In this document: positions 9,125-18,644 of the stretch, piece after piece
Numbering within the stretch: the stretch's first letter is position 1
Layout of the letters: each line of letters starts with the position of its first letter
From: Gemmatimonadota bacterium
GTDB taxonomy: Bacteria; Gemmatimonadota; Gemmatimonadetes; Gemmatimonadales; Gemmatimonadaceae
Assembly: GCA_040389905.1 (NCBI GenBank)
Contig: JAZJZK010000005.1
Span: 224,001 to 288,000 of the forward strand
DNA: 64,000 nucleotides
Direction of reading: 5' to 3'
The notes under the pieces: generated by a model
What the model was told of the DNA's origin: nothing
The model's input: only the letters and a program-made list of their open reading frames with translations
Database searches by the model: none
Translations under genes and position numbers: made by a program

Positions 9125-12100
9125 CTGATCGATCTCCGCATCGCACGCCGCGCATGTGTTGCCGTTGTCGCCTCCGCCGTCGCCGTCACGACGTCGGCCG
9201 TTCTGCCATCCAGCGCATCCGCACAAGGTTCGCTTGCGCTGAATGTTTCGGACAGCGTGCAGCTGTCCGTCGTTCGCGGCCGAACGCTTCGCATTCCGAT
9301 TCTCGTTGTCCCAGCGGGGGGCCTGAGTATTGCCGCGCTCCAGAGCGATGTCATCTTCGGCACGACGCGGCTGCACTTCGACTCACTGACGACCGGCCCG
9401 TTCGGTGTGCTGACGCCGAACACTTCGAACGCCGCATCGGGCGCCCTCGTTCTCAACGCTTCGCGTGGGAGCGGCCAGACGGCGCGCGACACGATCGCAA
9501 ACGTGTTCTTCACCGCTGCCAACGACCGCACGAACGCGCTGTCCTTTGAGAACCTCGGCGGTTCACGAATCAGCGCTGCGCCAACGTCCGCACAGAACGG
9601 AACCGCTGCGAGCATCCTTGCCAGCGTGGTTCCGCGGCAGCTCGATGTCTGCGTCGTGAGCGGAGCATGGGGCGACATGAACGATGATGGCGTCGTCAAT
9701 ATCATCGATGCGCAACAGATTGCCCGGTATTCCGTTGGCCTGTCGGTGGCGAACAATACCGCCGTGATCCAGCGCGGCGATGTAACGGCGGACGGCAACG
9801 TCAATATCATCGATGCACAGCAGATCGCGCGCTTTTCCGTTTCGCTGTCGGCGGTCGCGAGAATCGACACACCGGTGTTCATTCCCGCGGCGGTGGCGAG
9901 CATGACTGCGTCGCCTGGTGGCACGCAGACCGTCGCCGTAGGCGGAATGCAGCAGCTCACCGCAGATCCCAAGAATGCCGATGGCATGTCCGTCGCTGGA
10001 TGTGCACTGGTCGCGTGGTCCACCTCCAATCCCGGCACGGCAACGGTCTCCGCCAGTGGACTGGTGACGGGCATCGCCAACGGAAGCACCGTCATCACCG
10101 CCACGAGCGGTGGGCAGACAGCGAATGTCACCGTCAACGTCGCCCCCACAGGCGGTGGGAGCGTGACTGCAATCGAGTTCGTCGATGACGTAGACCAGTA
10201 CAGCTACACGACTGAAAGTGTCCCCTTTGAGGTGCGAGCCGTGAACGCCGTGGGAGGGACTGTGCCCGGCGCGACCATCACGGTCTCCGTGACGAGTGGA
10301 ACGGCAATACTGTATGGTCCGAGCGGAGTCGTGTCGACGCTGGACCTCGTCACCGACGCGAGTGGTTACGCCACCGCGCCCGTGTACGCCGGCTCTGCCG
10401 GAACGTCCGTCCTCAGCGTCTCTGCGCCGGGCGTCGCTCCCAGAACGGCGTCGCTCACCGCGATCACGCGCTTCCTCGGTCAACACGTCTGCATGGGGAA
10501 CTACTGGTCGATTCGCTGCTGGGGAAACAATTCGCTCGGACAACTCGGCAACGGGACGACGAGCACCAGTATCGACCCCGTGAACGTGAATCTCTCGGGC
10601 ATTGCGCTCGCGCTTCCGCAAACAAAGGTGAGCGTCAGTCAGCAGGGGATTGGCGATCACACGTGCCTGCTCGACGACGCGGGCCAGGCATATTGCTGGG
10701 GTTCGAACACGGCGGGCCAGCTTGGCGACGGCACCCGCGTGAACAAGAGCACTCCGACCGCAGTCAGCACCGCGCTGCGATTCACGACGATTGCGACCGG
10801 TAGCGAACACACCTGCGCGTTGACGAGCGGCGGGGAGATGTATTGCTGGGGTTTCAACTTCTATGGTCAGCTGGGGGACGGCACCAAAACGCGAATTCGC
10901 GTTCTGCCCACGCGCGTCAGCGCACCGGCGGGCGTGACGTTCGCTTCGATGACCGTAGGGACGGCGCACTCGTGCGCGATCGCGCAGACTGGTGCGCCGT
11001 ACTGCTGGGGCTCGAATGCGAGTGGCCAACTCGGCGATGGCACGCAGATCAACCGCGCGCTTCCGGTCGCGGTCACGGGGTCACTGTCACTCAGCTCGAT
11101 GACTGGCGGTGACTCCCACACCTGCGGATTGACCGCGGCTGGCGCGGCATGGTGTTGGGGCAACCGCGCGGCGGGCACGATGGGCGACGGGGGCGGGTCG
11201 GCGTTGTTCCAGCCAGTGCCCACTGCCGTCGCCAACGGTCATGTCTTCCAGTCCATTCACGCTGGTTATCTCTATACCTGTGGAGCGAAGGTCACAGGTT
11301 TGGTTTGGTGCTGGGGGGGCGGGAGCGGCTACGGTCGGTTTGGCGACGGGACGATCATAGCGAACTATGTCGTGCCGACGCTGATTGCATTCACCGGCAA
11401 CGCGATTCACGTGGGAGGATTCAATAGCGCGATTTCCGCCCTGGCCACCTGTGGGTTGACGGAGGTCACGCGGCAGGTGATGTGCTGGGGCAAGAACGAC
11501 CAGGGCTATCTCGGCAACGGGACGACGGATCATAGCACCCTCCCGACCGTCGTGCCGCAGGCCGGTGTCACGGCGGGAACGCCGGGCGCAGTGCAACCCG
11601 TTGTCCCTGTCGTCCCTGTTACGCCTCCGAGCGTCACCGCGGGTACCGCTGTACCACAGTCTCCAGCAATTCTGCTACGCGATCGACTGGGCAATCCGAT
11701 CGTGGGCGCAACGGTCGAGTTCCTGGTGACGGCGGGTGGCGGGTCCGTGGCGAACGCCTCGGCGGTGACGGACGGCGTCGGGCTGGCGAGCAGCGGCACT
11801 TGGACGCTTGGACCGACGCCAGGGTTCAATACCCTCACTGCGCGCGTCTCAGCATTGGCGCCAGGAGGGGCGACAGGTTACGCGCGCCACGTGTTCGCTG
11901 CATTCGGCACGAGCGCGCCCGCGACCATCACGATCGTTGCGGGAAACAATCAGGTGGCGCGCGCCACCCAGACCTATCCAGGCGCGCTGACCGTTCTCGT
12001 GACGGACGCAGCATCCGCGCCGATTCCGAACGTGCCCATCACGTTCGCCATCGGTTCAGTGAGCGGATTGAGCGGGTTGATTGTGTCGAGTCCGGTCCTG

Positions 12101-15100
12101 ACCGATGCTGGCGGTCGCGCGAGCACGTTTGCAAGCTCGGCTTCCTCTGCGCAGTCGTATACGATTACAGCGACGGGCGTCGGCCTCGGCACCGCTACTT
12201 TCACCATGCGTGCGGCGCCGCTCTTCAACAACGGTGTGAACTGCGAATTGACATCCAGTGGTGCGGCGTACTGCTGGGGCTCGAACGATCACGGGCAGGT
12301 CGGTGACGGCACGACGACCACGCCACGGACTTCGCCAACGGCCGTAAGCGGAGGCGTCACCTTCGCCTCGCTCGCAGATGGGTCGGGAGACCACACGTGT
12401 GGTCTTACAATCGCGGGCGCCGCCTGGTGCTGGGGATCGAATGCCTTCGGTCAGCTCGGGGACAACACCATCGTCGATCGGTCGGCTCCAATACTCGTCA
12501 GCGGCGGACTCTCGTTCACGAAGCTCGTCGTCAGCTTCACCAGCACCTGTGGCCGAACGTCCGCCGGCGCGCTCTATTGCTGGGGCAGCGCAGGGCACGG
12601 TATCTACGGCGACGGCGAGCTCGGCACGATTCGCATGACGCCCACGGCAGTAACAGCGGTCGGTCTCGTGTTCAGCGATTTAGCGATGTATGCATCCGCC
12701 TCCGGATCGCACCTCTGCGGATTGGCCGCCGCAGGCGCAGCGTACTGTTGGGGCCTGAACGATGCCGGCCAGCTTGGCGACGGCTCGTTCACGAACCGTC
12801 TCACGCCGACGGCCGTCTCTGGTGGTCTCGCGTTCACGAAAATCGTAGCGGGAGACCGCGTGACGTGCGGGCTCGCAACCTCCGGTCAGGCCTATTGTTG
12901 GGGATTCGGAGCCTCCGGGCAATTGGGCAACAACACAACATCCGTCTCCGCGACGCCTGTTACAGGGGCCACGAACTACAACTTCGTGGCGCTCTCGAGT
13001 TCCGGTGCGTCGGTCTGTGGCATCACGAGTGCTGGGGCGATGTACTGTTGGGGAGCGAACACCAACGGTCAGGTTGGCGACGGGACGCTGGTAAACCGAT
13101 TGCAGCCAACGCGCGTGGAAGGAGGTGTGGCTTTCGGCGCCGTTCGCGCGCGAGTCGCCACGACGTGTGGTCGCGCCGCGGGAGGTGTTGCGCCGGTGTA
13201 CTGCTGGGGCAACAACGTGAATGGTCAGGTCGGCGACTTTTCGGTGGTCTCTCGCGCGACTCCAGTCGTGGTCAGCTGGCCGGAAGGCAGCGCAGGAGTT
13301 CCCGTCTCGCTGGCGATACTCGCCGGGAATCAGTCGGGCTTCGCCGGCGGCGCGGCATCACCAGCACCCTCCGTCGTCGTGCGGGACTATGCGGGCAATC
13401 CGGTGAGCGGCGTGAGCGTGACCTTCACCGTGAGGTCTGGCGGCGGCAGCGTAACGGAGGCGACGGCGATTACCGGGGCGACTGGCTTGGCCACGGTCGG
13501 CAGCTGGGTCTTCGGTGCCGCTGGGCCGCAGACGCTTGCCGCAACAGCGCCGGGCTTGCCGACGGCAATTTTCAGTGCAAGCGCCGCAGCCTTCACCGAG
13601 TCGTCGATTTCATCACTGTACCGGACGGTTTGGGGAGCAACGGCAGGATGCACCGACTGCGTGAATGTCCAGGCGCACGCGCTCGCCGTCGAGAACTACT
13701 CGGCGCTCGCGAACTCCGCGATGAACATCCGCTCAGCCATTCCGCGCGTCGCCATTGGCAATGATCCATCCGAGCCCACAGCCGCGGCGAACTTCTCCAC
13801 CTTCTCCTCGCTCACTGCCGCCGCGCGGACGGCCGCCAATAGTATCCAGGCGTTGAACAGCCTTGCGGGTGCCGGAGGGGGCGCGTCTAACGCATTGGGC
13901 TCAAAGGCGCAGGATGCGCGCGCTCGTGCGTTCGCGTTCTTCAGTTCCGGGCTGGCGCTCGGCAATCTTGCGATTGCGTATGATTCCGCTGCGATCATTA
14001 CGTCGACGACGTCCTCGGCGACCAACCCGCCGTTGTCGGGATACTTCGCCGTCAGCGAGGCGGCGCTTCGCATGCTTGACTCAGCACTCGCGTGGGCAAC
14101 AAGCCCCGACATCACGAGCGGCGCGAATGGATTCCCACTGCCGAGCACGTGGATCAATGGGAATCCGTTGTCGCAAACGCAGTTCGTGGCACTCGTGCGC
14201 GCGCACAAGGCGCGGTTCCGCGCGGGTGTCGCTCGTTCGCCGGCGGAGCGCGCCGCGGTGAACTGGACGCAGGTGATCGCCGACGCGCAGAGCGGCATCA
14301 CGTCGAATTTCGCAGTGACCCTGAACTCGAGCGCTGGTTGGTCACACAGTTCGACGTTCGACGTCAACTTGGCGTACACGTCGGCAGCGTGGCATCAGTT
14401 GAGCATGTTGATGTTAGGCATGGCTGATACGAGCGGTGCGTATGCGAGCTTCATCGCGGCACCGTTGGCGACACGGGATGGGATGTTCCTCGTTCGTACG
14501 CCAGACTTGCGCTTCCCGCAAGGTGCGACGCGCGCCGAACAACAGGCCGACACACCGCCGCTTGTCCCGCTACCCGCGCAACGCTACATCCGGAATCGCG
14601 CGGAGGGCTCGGATGACTTCTCCGGGTTCGCATACGGCCGCTCCTTCTACGATTTCCGTCGATGGCAACTAGTCATTCTGCTGGGCGGAAGCGGACAGTG
14701 GATTCAGATGTCCAAAGTCGAAAACGACATGCTGGCGGCGGAAGGGATGATCCGAACGGGCAACTATGCCAGTGCTGCGTCCTTGATCAACGCGTCGCGC
14801 GCGGCGCATGGGTTGCCGGTGATTACGACGTTCAATAACACCTCACCAGTTCCAGGCGGCAACGCCTGCGTTCCGAAGATTCCCGTCGGACCGGCGTACA
14901 ACACCGTCGCCTGCGGAAACATGTTCGAAGCGCTCAAGTGGGAGAAGCGCATGGAGACGATGTACTCGTGTTCCTTCATGTGCTGGTTCACCGACAGCCG
15001 CGGCTGGGGCGATCTACCTGAGGGCACTCCCGTTCACTGGCCGGTACCGTATCAGGAATTGGACGCCCGCGGCAAGCCGCGTTATCAAATGGCTGGCTCT

Positions 15101-15127
15101 GCGAATAAGGGCGCCTACGGCTGGTAG
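9125..15127 (+). CDS. Giant secreted protein B, tandem paralogue of 3035..9034 (start uncertain)
   Basis: Colinear with protein A over its full length. The codon matching A's ATG is AGG (9122-9124). The homologous signal peptide is still in frame from CTG at 9125; the first GTG is at 9257. Confidence 0.8.
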   Translation: MIDLRIARRACVAVVASAVAVTTSAVLPSSASAQGSLALNVSDSVQLSVVRGRTLRIPILVVPAGGLSIAALQSDVIFGTTRLHFDSLTTGPFGVLTPNTSNAASGALVLNASRGSGQTARDTIANVFFTAANDRTNALSFENLGGSRISAAPTSAQNGTAASILASVVPRQLDVCVVSGAWGDMNDDGVVNIIDAQQIARYSVGLSVANNTAVIQRGDVTADGNVNIIDAQQIARFSVSLSAVARIDTPVFIPAAVASMTASPGGTQTVAVGGMQQLTADPKNADGMSVAGCALVAWSTSNPGTATVSASGLVTGIANGSTVITATSGGQTANVTVNVAPTGGGSVTAIEFVDDVDQYSYTTESVPFEVRAVNAVGGTVPGATITVSVTSGTAILYGPSGVVSTLDLVTDASGYATAPVYAGSAGTSVLSVSAPGVAPRTASLTAITRFLGQHVCMGNYWSIRCWGNNSLGQLGNGTTSTSIDPVNVNLSGIALALPQTKVSVSQQGIGDHTCLLDDAGQAYCWGSNTAGQLGDGTRVNKSTPTAVSTALRFTTIATGSEHTCALTSGGEMYCWGFNFYGQLGDGTKTRIRVLPTRVSAPAGVTFASMTVGTAHSCAIAQTGAPYCWGSNASGQLGDGTQINRALPVAVTGSLSLSSMTGGDSHTCGLTAAGAAWCWGNRAAGTMGDGGGSALFQPVPTAVANGHVFQSIHAGYLYTCGAKVTGLVWCWGGGSGYGRFGDGTIIANYVVPTLIAFTGNAIHVGGFNSAISALATCGLTEVTRQVMCWGKNDQGYLGNGTTDHSTLPTVVPQAGVTAGTPGAVQPVVPVVPVTPPSVTAGTAVPQSPAILLRDRLGNPIVGATVEFLVTAGGGSVANASAVTDGVGLASSGTWTLGPTPGFNTLTARVSALAPGGATGYARHVFAAFGTSAPATITIVAGNNQVARATQTYPGALTVLVTDAASAPIPNVPITFAIGSVSGLSGLIVSSPVLTDAGGRASTFASSASSAQSYTITATGVGLGTATFTMRAAPLFNNGVNCELTSSGAAYCWGSNDHGQVGDGTTTTPRTSPTAVSGGVTFASLADGSGDHTCGLTIAGAAWCWGSNAFGQLGDNTIVDRSAPILVSGGLSFTKLVVSFTSTCGRTSAGALYCWGSAGHGIYGDGELGTIRMTPTAVTAVGLVFSDLAMYASASGSHLCGLAAAGAAYCWGLNDAGQLGDGSFTNRLTPTAVSGGLAFTKIVAGDRVTCGLATSGQAYCWGFGASGQLGNNTTSVSATPVTGATNYNFVALSSSGASVCGITSAGAMYCWGANTNGQVGDGTLVNRLQPTRVEGGVAFGAVRARVATTCGRAAGGVAPVYCWGNNVNGQVGDFSVVSRATPVVVSWPEGSAGVPVSLAILAGNQSGFAGGAASPAPSVVVRDYAGNPVSGVSVTFTVRSGGGSVTEATAITGATGLATVGSWVFGAAGPQTLAATAPGLPTAIFSASAAAFTESSISSLYRTVWGATAGCTDCVNVQAHALAVENYSALANSAMNIRSAIPRVAIGNDPSEPTAAANFSTFSSLTAAARTAANSIQALNSLAGAGGGASNALGSKAQDARARAFAFFSSGLALGNLAIAYDSAAIITSTTSSATNPPLSGYFAVSEAALRMLDSALAWATSPDITSGANGFPLPSTWINGNPLSQTQFVALVRAHKARFRAGVARSPAERAAVNWTQVIADAQSGITSNFAVTLNSSAGWSHSSTFDVNLAYTSAAWHQLSMLMLGMADTSGAYASFIAAPLATRDGMFLVRTPDLRFPQGATRAEQQADTPPLVPLPAQRYIRNRAEGSDDFSGFAYGRSFYDFRRWQLVILLGGSGQWIQMSKVENDMLAAEGMIRTGNYASAASLINASRAAHGLPVITTFNNTSPVPGGNACVPKIPVGPAYNTVACGNMFEALKWEKRMETMYSCSFMCWFTDSRGWGDLPEGTPVHWPVPYQELDARGKPRYQMAGSANKGAYGW

Positions 15128-15134
15128 TTCGCGC

Positions 15135-16127
15135 TCACAGCACCCCGGCCTTCTTCATGACCGCGAGCGTGCTGTCGAGTGCGAGGCGCGCGCTTTCTTC
15201 TGGCGGCATGGTGTCCGGTATCCGCGGGCCGATGGTCTCCGGCGCTACGCCACCCTGGTAACCGATCGCTTTAAGGGCCTGAAAGAAACCGACAAGATCG
15301 ATAACGCCCTCGCCGGGTAGCCAGCGCATGTCGTCGCGCACGTCTTCGGGCGCCATCGGCCGTGCGTCGGATACGTGAACGTGCACGATGCGCGACGCCT
15401 TCGCGGCGCGGATGTCGGCGACAGTGCCGTCGGAGTGGTACCAGTGCCACGCGTCGAGCGTTACACCAACGTTGGTCCCCGACGCTTCGCAGAGCGCGTG
15501 TGTCTCGCCCAGCGTCCAAATGAAAGGCACCGCAGGATCGGGTGCAGCGCCCGGACGATTGCGGGGCATGCGGAATTGGAGCGGCCCGAGAAACTCGACG
15601 CCCAGCCGCACATCGTGAGGTGCGAGCACCTTCGACAGGGCAGACAAGCGACGCTGCACATGCGTCCAGTGCTCGGCCTTCGGCCGCCCGTTCAGCGTCG
15701 TGGGGCCCAACACGAGTTGGAACAGATCGCATCCGACCGCCCGGCAGAACTGCGCATCCTCCGCGAGCCTCGGTAATTGCGCGTCGAACGCCGCGTCATC
15801 AGCGCCCAGCGGCGCTTGCATCGGCAGGTTGACGGACGTCGGCACGATCGCGAGCTCGGCGAACAGCGCCCGAGTGGCCTCGAGGCCCGCGTTCCGCGCT
15901 GGTGAAAAGGACCAATCGATGCCCTTGTACCCGACGCGCGCTGCCAATCGCGCCTGTTCGGGCCAGCCGACATTCCGCGCGACGGCCCACGGCGGCAACG
16001 ACACGAACATTCCCGTTGGCGCGGTGAGTACGGGGTTCGGCGCCAGTTTCAGGTGCGGCAGGGTAAGCGCTGTGGCGCCGAGCATCGTGCGCGCGAGGAA
16101 TTCGCGTCGATCAATCGTGTTCGACAT
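15135..16127 (-). CDS. Sugar phosphate isomerase/epimerase (xylose-isomerase-like TIM barrel) with Tat signal
   Basis: N-terminal DRREFL twin-arginine motif; LGVEFLG, TLDAWHW, HVHVSDA, PGEGVIDL and APE metal-site motifs. Confidence 0.85.
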   Translation of the reverse strand: MSNTIDRREFLARTMLGATALTLPHLKLAPNPVLTAPTGMFVSLPPWAVARNVGWPEQARLAARVGYKGIDWSFSPARNAGLEATRALFAELAIVPTSVNLPMQAPLGADDAAFDAQLPRLAEDAQFCRAVGCDLFQLVLGPTTLNGRPKAEHWTHVQRRLSALSKVLAPHDVRLGVEFLGPLQFRMPRNRPGAAPDPAVPFIWTLGETHALCEASGTNVGVTLDAWHWYHSDGTVADIRAAKASRIVHVHVSDARPMAPEDVRDDMRWLPGEGVIDLVGFFQALKAIGYQGGVAPETIGPRIPDTMPPEESARLALDSTLAVMKKAGVL

Positions 16128-16220
16128 GGCTATTTCCACCGTTGGTGTGTACGAGTCCAGGCCAGCGATCCAACGAAAGAGTATTTCGCGGCGACGTGCT
16201 CAATGGGGTGGCAAGATGAG

Positions 16221-18620
16221 TCATGTCCGTAGGACCTCCGACGGCTCGATGGTGAGGAACTGCGCGAGTGGCGCGCTCACACCGACCGTCGCGCTCATCG
16301 CGACCGAGACAACGCAGAGCACAATGGACAACCCGAGTGGCGGCGAGGGTGTATTCCTAAAGACACCCCCCAACCTCATCAACACAAGCGCGAATGGAAG
16401 TCCTGCAGCGATGCCGACTCCGACAGCAATGGCGATCTTTCGCATTTCATGAAGTGCAACCTGCACATGAGATCCTCCGACGGCCAGCGAGATGGCAATT
16501 TCGCGTCGTCGATTGGAAATCACACTCAAGCTGGCGCTTGCGATACTCGTCAGGCATGCAACGAGCGAGACCATCGCGCACAACAGGAAGAAGCGCACGC
16601 CGGTTCGCAACGGCCGTAATCGCTCCTCGAAGTCACGTCGAACGGAACGGACAGACTGAACCTGCTCCGGCCCGGCCACCGTCCTGACGAGCTCTTGCAC
16701 ATCCCTCAGAACCTCTGCTGTGGGTCCAAGGGCTCGGAATACGATCCCGTTCGACGCGCGGCGCCCTGTGGAGAGCGGTTCATAGAGCATGATCGGGTTC
16801 TTCAGTCCGGATCCCGACAAGTCCGCATCGTCTACTGTGCCGATGATGGAGATGCATGACCCGTCGGGAACGCCGACTCTCACACACCCGCGCGCCAAGG
16901 CTCGTGGAAAAAATCTGCGCCTTGCGGACTCACTCAGGAGTGCCACATCAGCTCCCGCGCGCCACTGCGCGAAGCCACCGTCGCCAGTCCAGTGAACTGG
17001 AAGCTGCATCACACGAAAGAATGCCGAGTCGACTTGGTGGACTTCTGCTGGCGCGGATTCGGCCGTGGCGGCGGCAATGTAGAGCACTGCCATGCTAAAT
17101 GACCGCGCCGGAAGCGCAGAGACCTCGCTGACACCATCGACTCCCGGACGGCGCTTCAATTCCCTCGAGATATCAGCGAGGAGGCTGCCGCGCGGACTCA
17201 CAAGGTTGGACACCGGCGCAACGCTGTAAACGTGTGCGATGTCGTATCCCCATTCTATTCGACTGGCTGCCCGTAACCGCAGGCTGGAAAACGCCGTCGT
17301 CAGCACGAGCACCGTGACAAGCGAGACTTGGGTGGCGAGAAGGCCATAGGAGGTCCGTGACAGCGTGACCGAACCTAGTCGAGCGGCCTCGAGGACTTGG
17401 CGCAGCTGAACCCGTGATCCGAAGTGGAGGGCGGGCAGTATTGCACTGAGTAGGGCGGCGAGTATCACGACTGCCGTGAAGTAGTTCGTGGTGATCGCGC
17501 GTCCACCATCCCACAGACCAAAGGTGTCAATCGCGATTCTACCAAGGAAGAGTCGTTCAAGGCCTAGCCCCACGAGCGAGCCCATGGCAACGGCAACCAG
17601 CCCGGCGACGCTGGACGCCATCACAACTTGTGCTGGGGTTGCTCCGTGCACTTCGTGCAACAACCATTTGTGAGAGGACGCGAGTCGTTGCAACGCGAAG
17701 AGTTGCGTGGTGTTCGAAATGAGAAGGAGTGCCAGACAGATGGACGTCAGCACGGACATCAAGAGCAGACTCGCTTTCAGGTCGCGCTCAATCCCGAGTG
17801 ACATGTTGAGGGGACGAAATCGCAGGGACTTGATATCGAAATCGACCTCGTTCGACGCAAGGCGACTCTGGAGGACGTTGATGGTCCTTTGCGCGTCGCC
17901 GCCACCGGGATAGCGAGCGACGGTGCGAAGCCACTTTGCGTTGCCGGTTAGCCACACTGCGGGAATGCCGATGGCGTCCGCTGACTCGAGTGGAATGAAC
18001 AGGTCGGCAGGTTGCGCATTAATGCCTCGGAAGTCCCTGACCACGGCCTGCACAGTCCATGGTATTCCATTGACACGGACAATCGCGCCGAGCGCCGACT
18101 GGGGCGAGGGAAAGGTCCTTCGGACAAAGTGCTCCGAGACAATTATTGCACGGCGCTCGTTCCGCCACCGCATGGGACCCGCGAGGCTGGTACTTCCAAG
18201 GAGGCTCAAGAAACCCTCCGATACGACGGCAAGTTCCTCCTCCTCTGGACCCGCCGTGCCCACCGAGACGATGACGGACAGGGAGCCATAGGCTTCGACA
18301 CCAGTCAGGACGTCCACGGCCGCATGGCGCATGGCGTCGACTTCCACGCGGGAGAACGAAAGCGACGAGACTGGAAACGCTTCCCGCCCGTGAATTGCCG
18401 AAATTCGTTTCAGACTGCTCGCGTCCTTGACGCCAGGAATGTTCGGGTCGAACACGAGCATCGCCACGTCAGTCACCGCAGTGAACACTGCGATGCACAG
18501 CGCAGCGAAGAGGGCGACGTACGCGCCGAACAGCACGCCGCTATATCGGTCGGCGACCAGCGTTGGCCAATAGCCCAAAGCCCTACGAAACGTCATTCCG
18601 GCATCTCTTGCCAGCGACAC
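16221..18620 (-). CDS. ABC permease, duplicated MacB/FtsX (ADOP-like) family, divergent
   Basis: 799 aa with two MacB periplasmic halves (AIIVSEHF, ALLSESARRRFF, IIGTVDD), RRREIAISLAVGG and C-terminal IEPSEVLR. Confidence 0.8.
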   Translation of the reverse strand: MSLARDAGMTFRRALGYWPTLVADRYSGVLFGAYVALFAALCIAVFTAVTDVAMLVFDPNIPGVKDASSLKRISAIHGREAFPVSSLSFSRVEVDAMRHAAVDVLTGVEAYGSLSVIVSVGTAGPEEEELAVVSEGFLSLLGSTSLAGPMRWRNERRAIIVSEHFVRRTFPSPQSALGAIVRVNGIPWTVQAVVRDFRGINAQPADLFIPLESADAIGIPAVWLTGNAKWLRTVARYPGGGDAQRTINVLQSRLASNEVDFDIKSLRFRPLNMSLGIERDLKASLLLMSVLTSICLALLLISNTTQLFALQRLASSHKWLLHEVHGATPAQVVMASSVAGLVAVAMGSLVGLGLERLFLGRIAIDTFGLWDGGRAITTNYFTAVVILAALLSAILPALHFGSRVQLRQVLEAARLGSVTLSRTSYGLLATQVSLVTVLVLTTAFSSLRLRAASRIEWGYDIAHVYSVAPVSNLVSPRGSLLADISRELKRRPGVDGVSEVSALPARSFSMAVLYIAAATAESAPAEVHQVDSAFFRVMQLPVHWTGDGGFAQWRAGADVALLSESARRRFFPRALARGCVRVGVPDGSCISIIGTVDDADLSGSGLKNPIMLYEPLSTGRRASNGIVFRALGPTAEVLRDVQELVRTVAGPEQVQSVRSVRRDFEERLRPLRTGVRFFLLCAMVSLVACLTSIASASLSVISNRRREIAISLAVGGSHVQVALHEMRKIAIAVGVGIAAGLPFALVLMRLGGVFRNTPSPPLGLSIVLCVVSVAMSATVGVSAPLAQFLTIEPSEVLRT

Positions 18621-18644
18621 GAGGGCGAGCCAGCGGTCGCAGCT

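Noticed and set aside
4380..13270. Recurring TGCTGGGG...GGCGACGG DNA motifs as a possible CRISPR or DGR repeat set
   Set aside because: They are degenerate coding RCC1 repeats. There is no constant repeat-spacer structure, no reverse transcriptase and no adenine-specific variation.
3284..14379. Long antisense and alternative-frame ORFs over the giant genes (e.g. 3284..4942, 4994..6310, 9563..11029, 12397..13764)
   Set aside because: Shadow ORFs expected from high GC and codon bias; no recognisable motifs.
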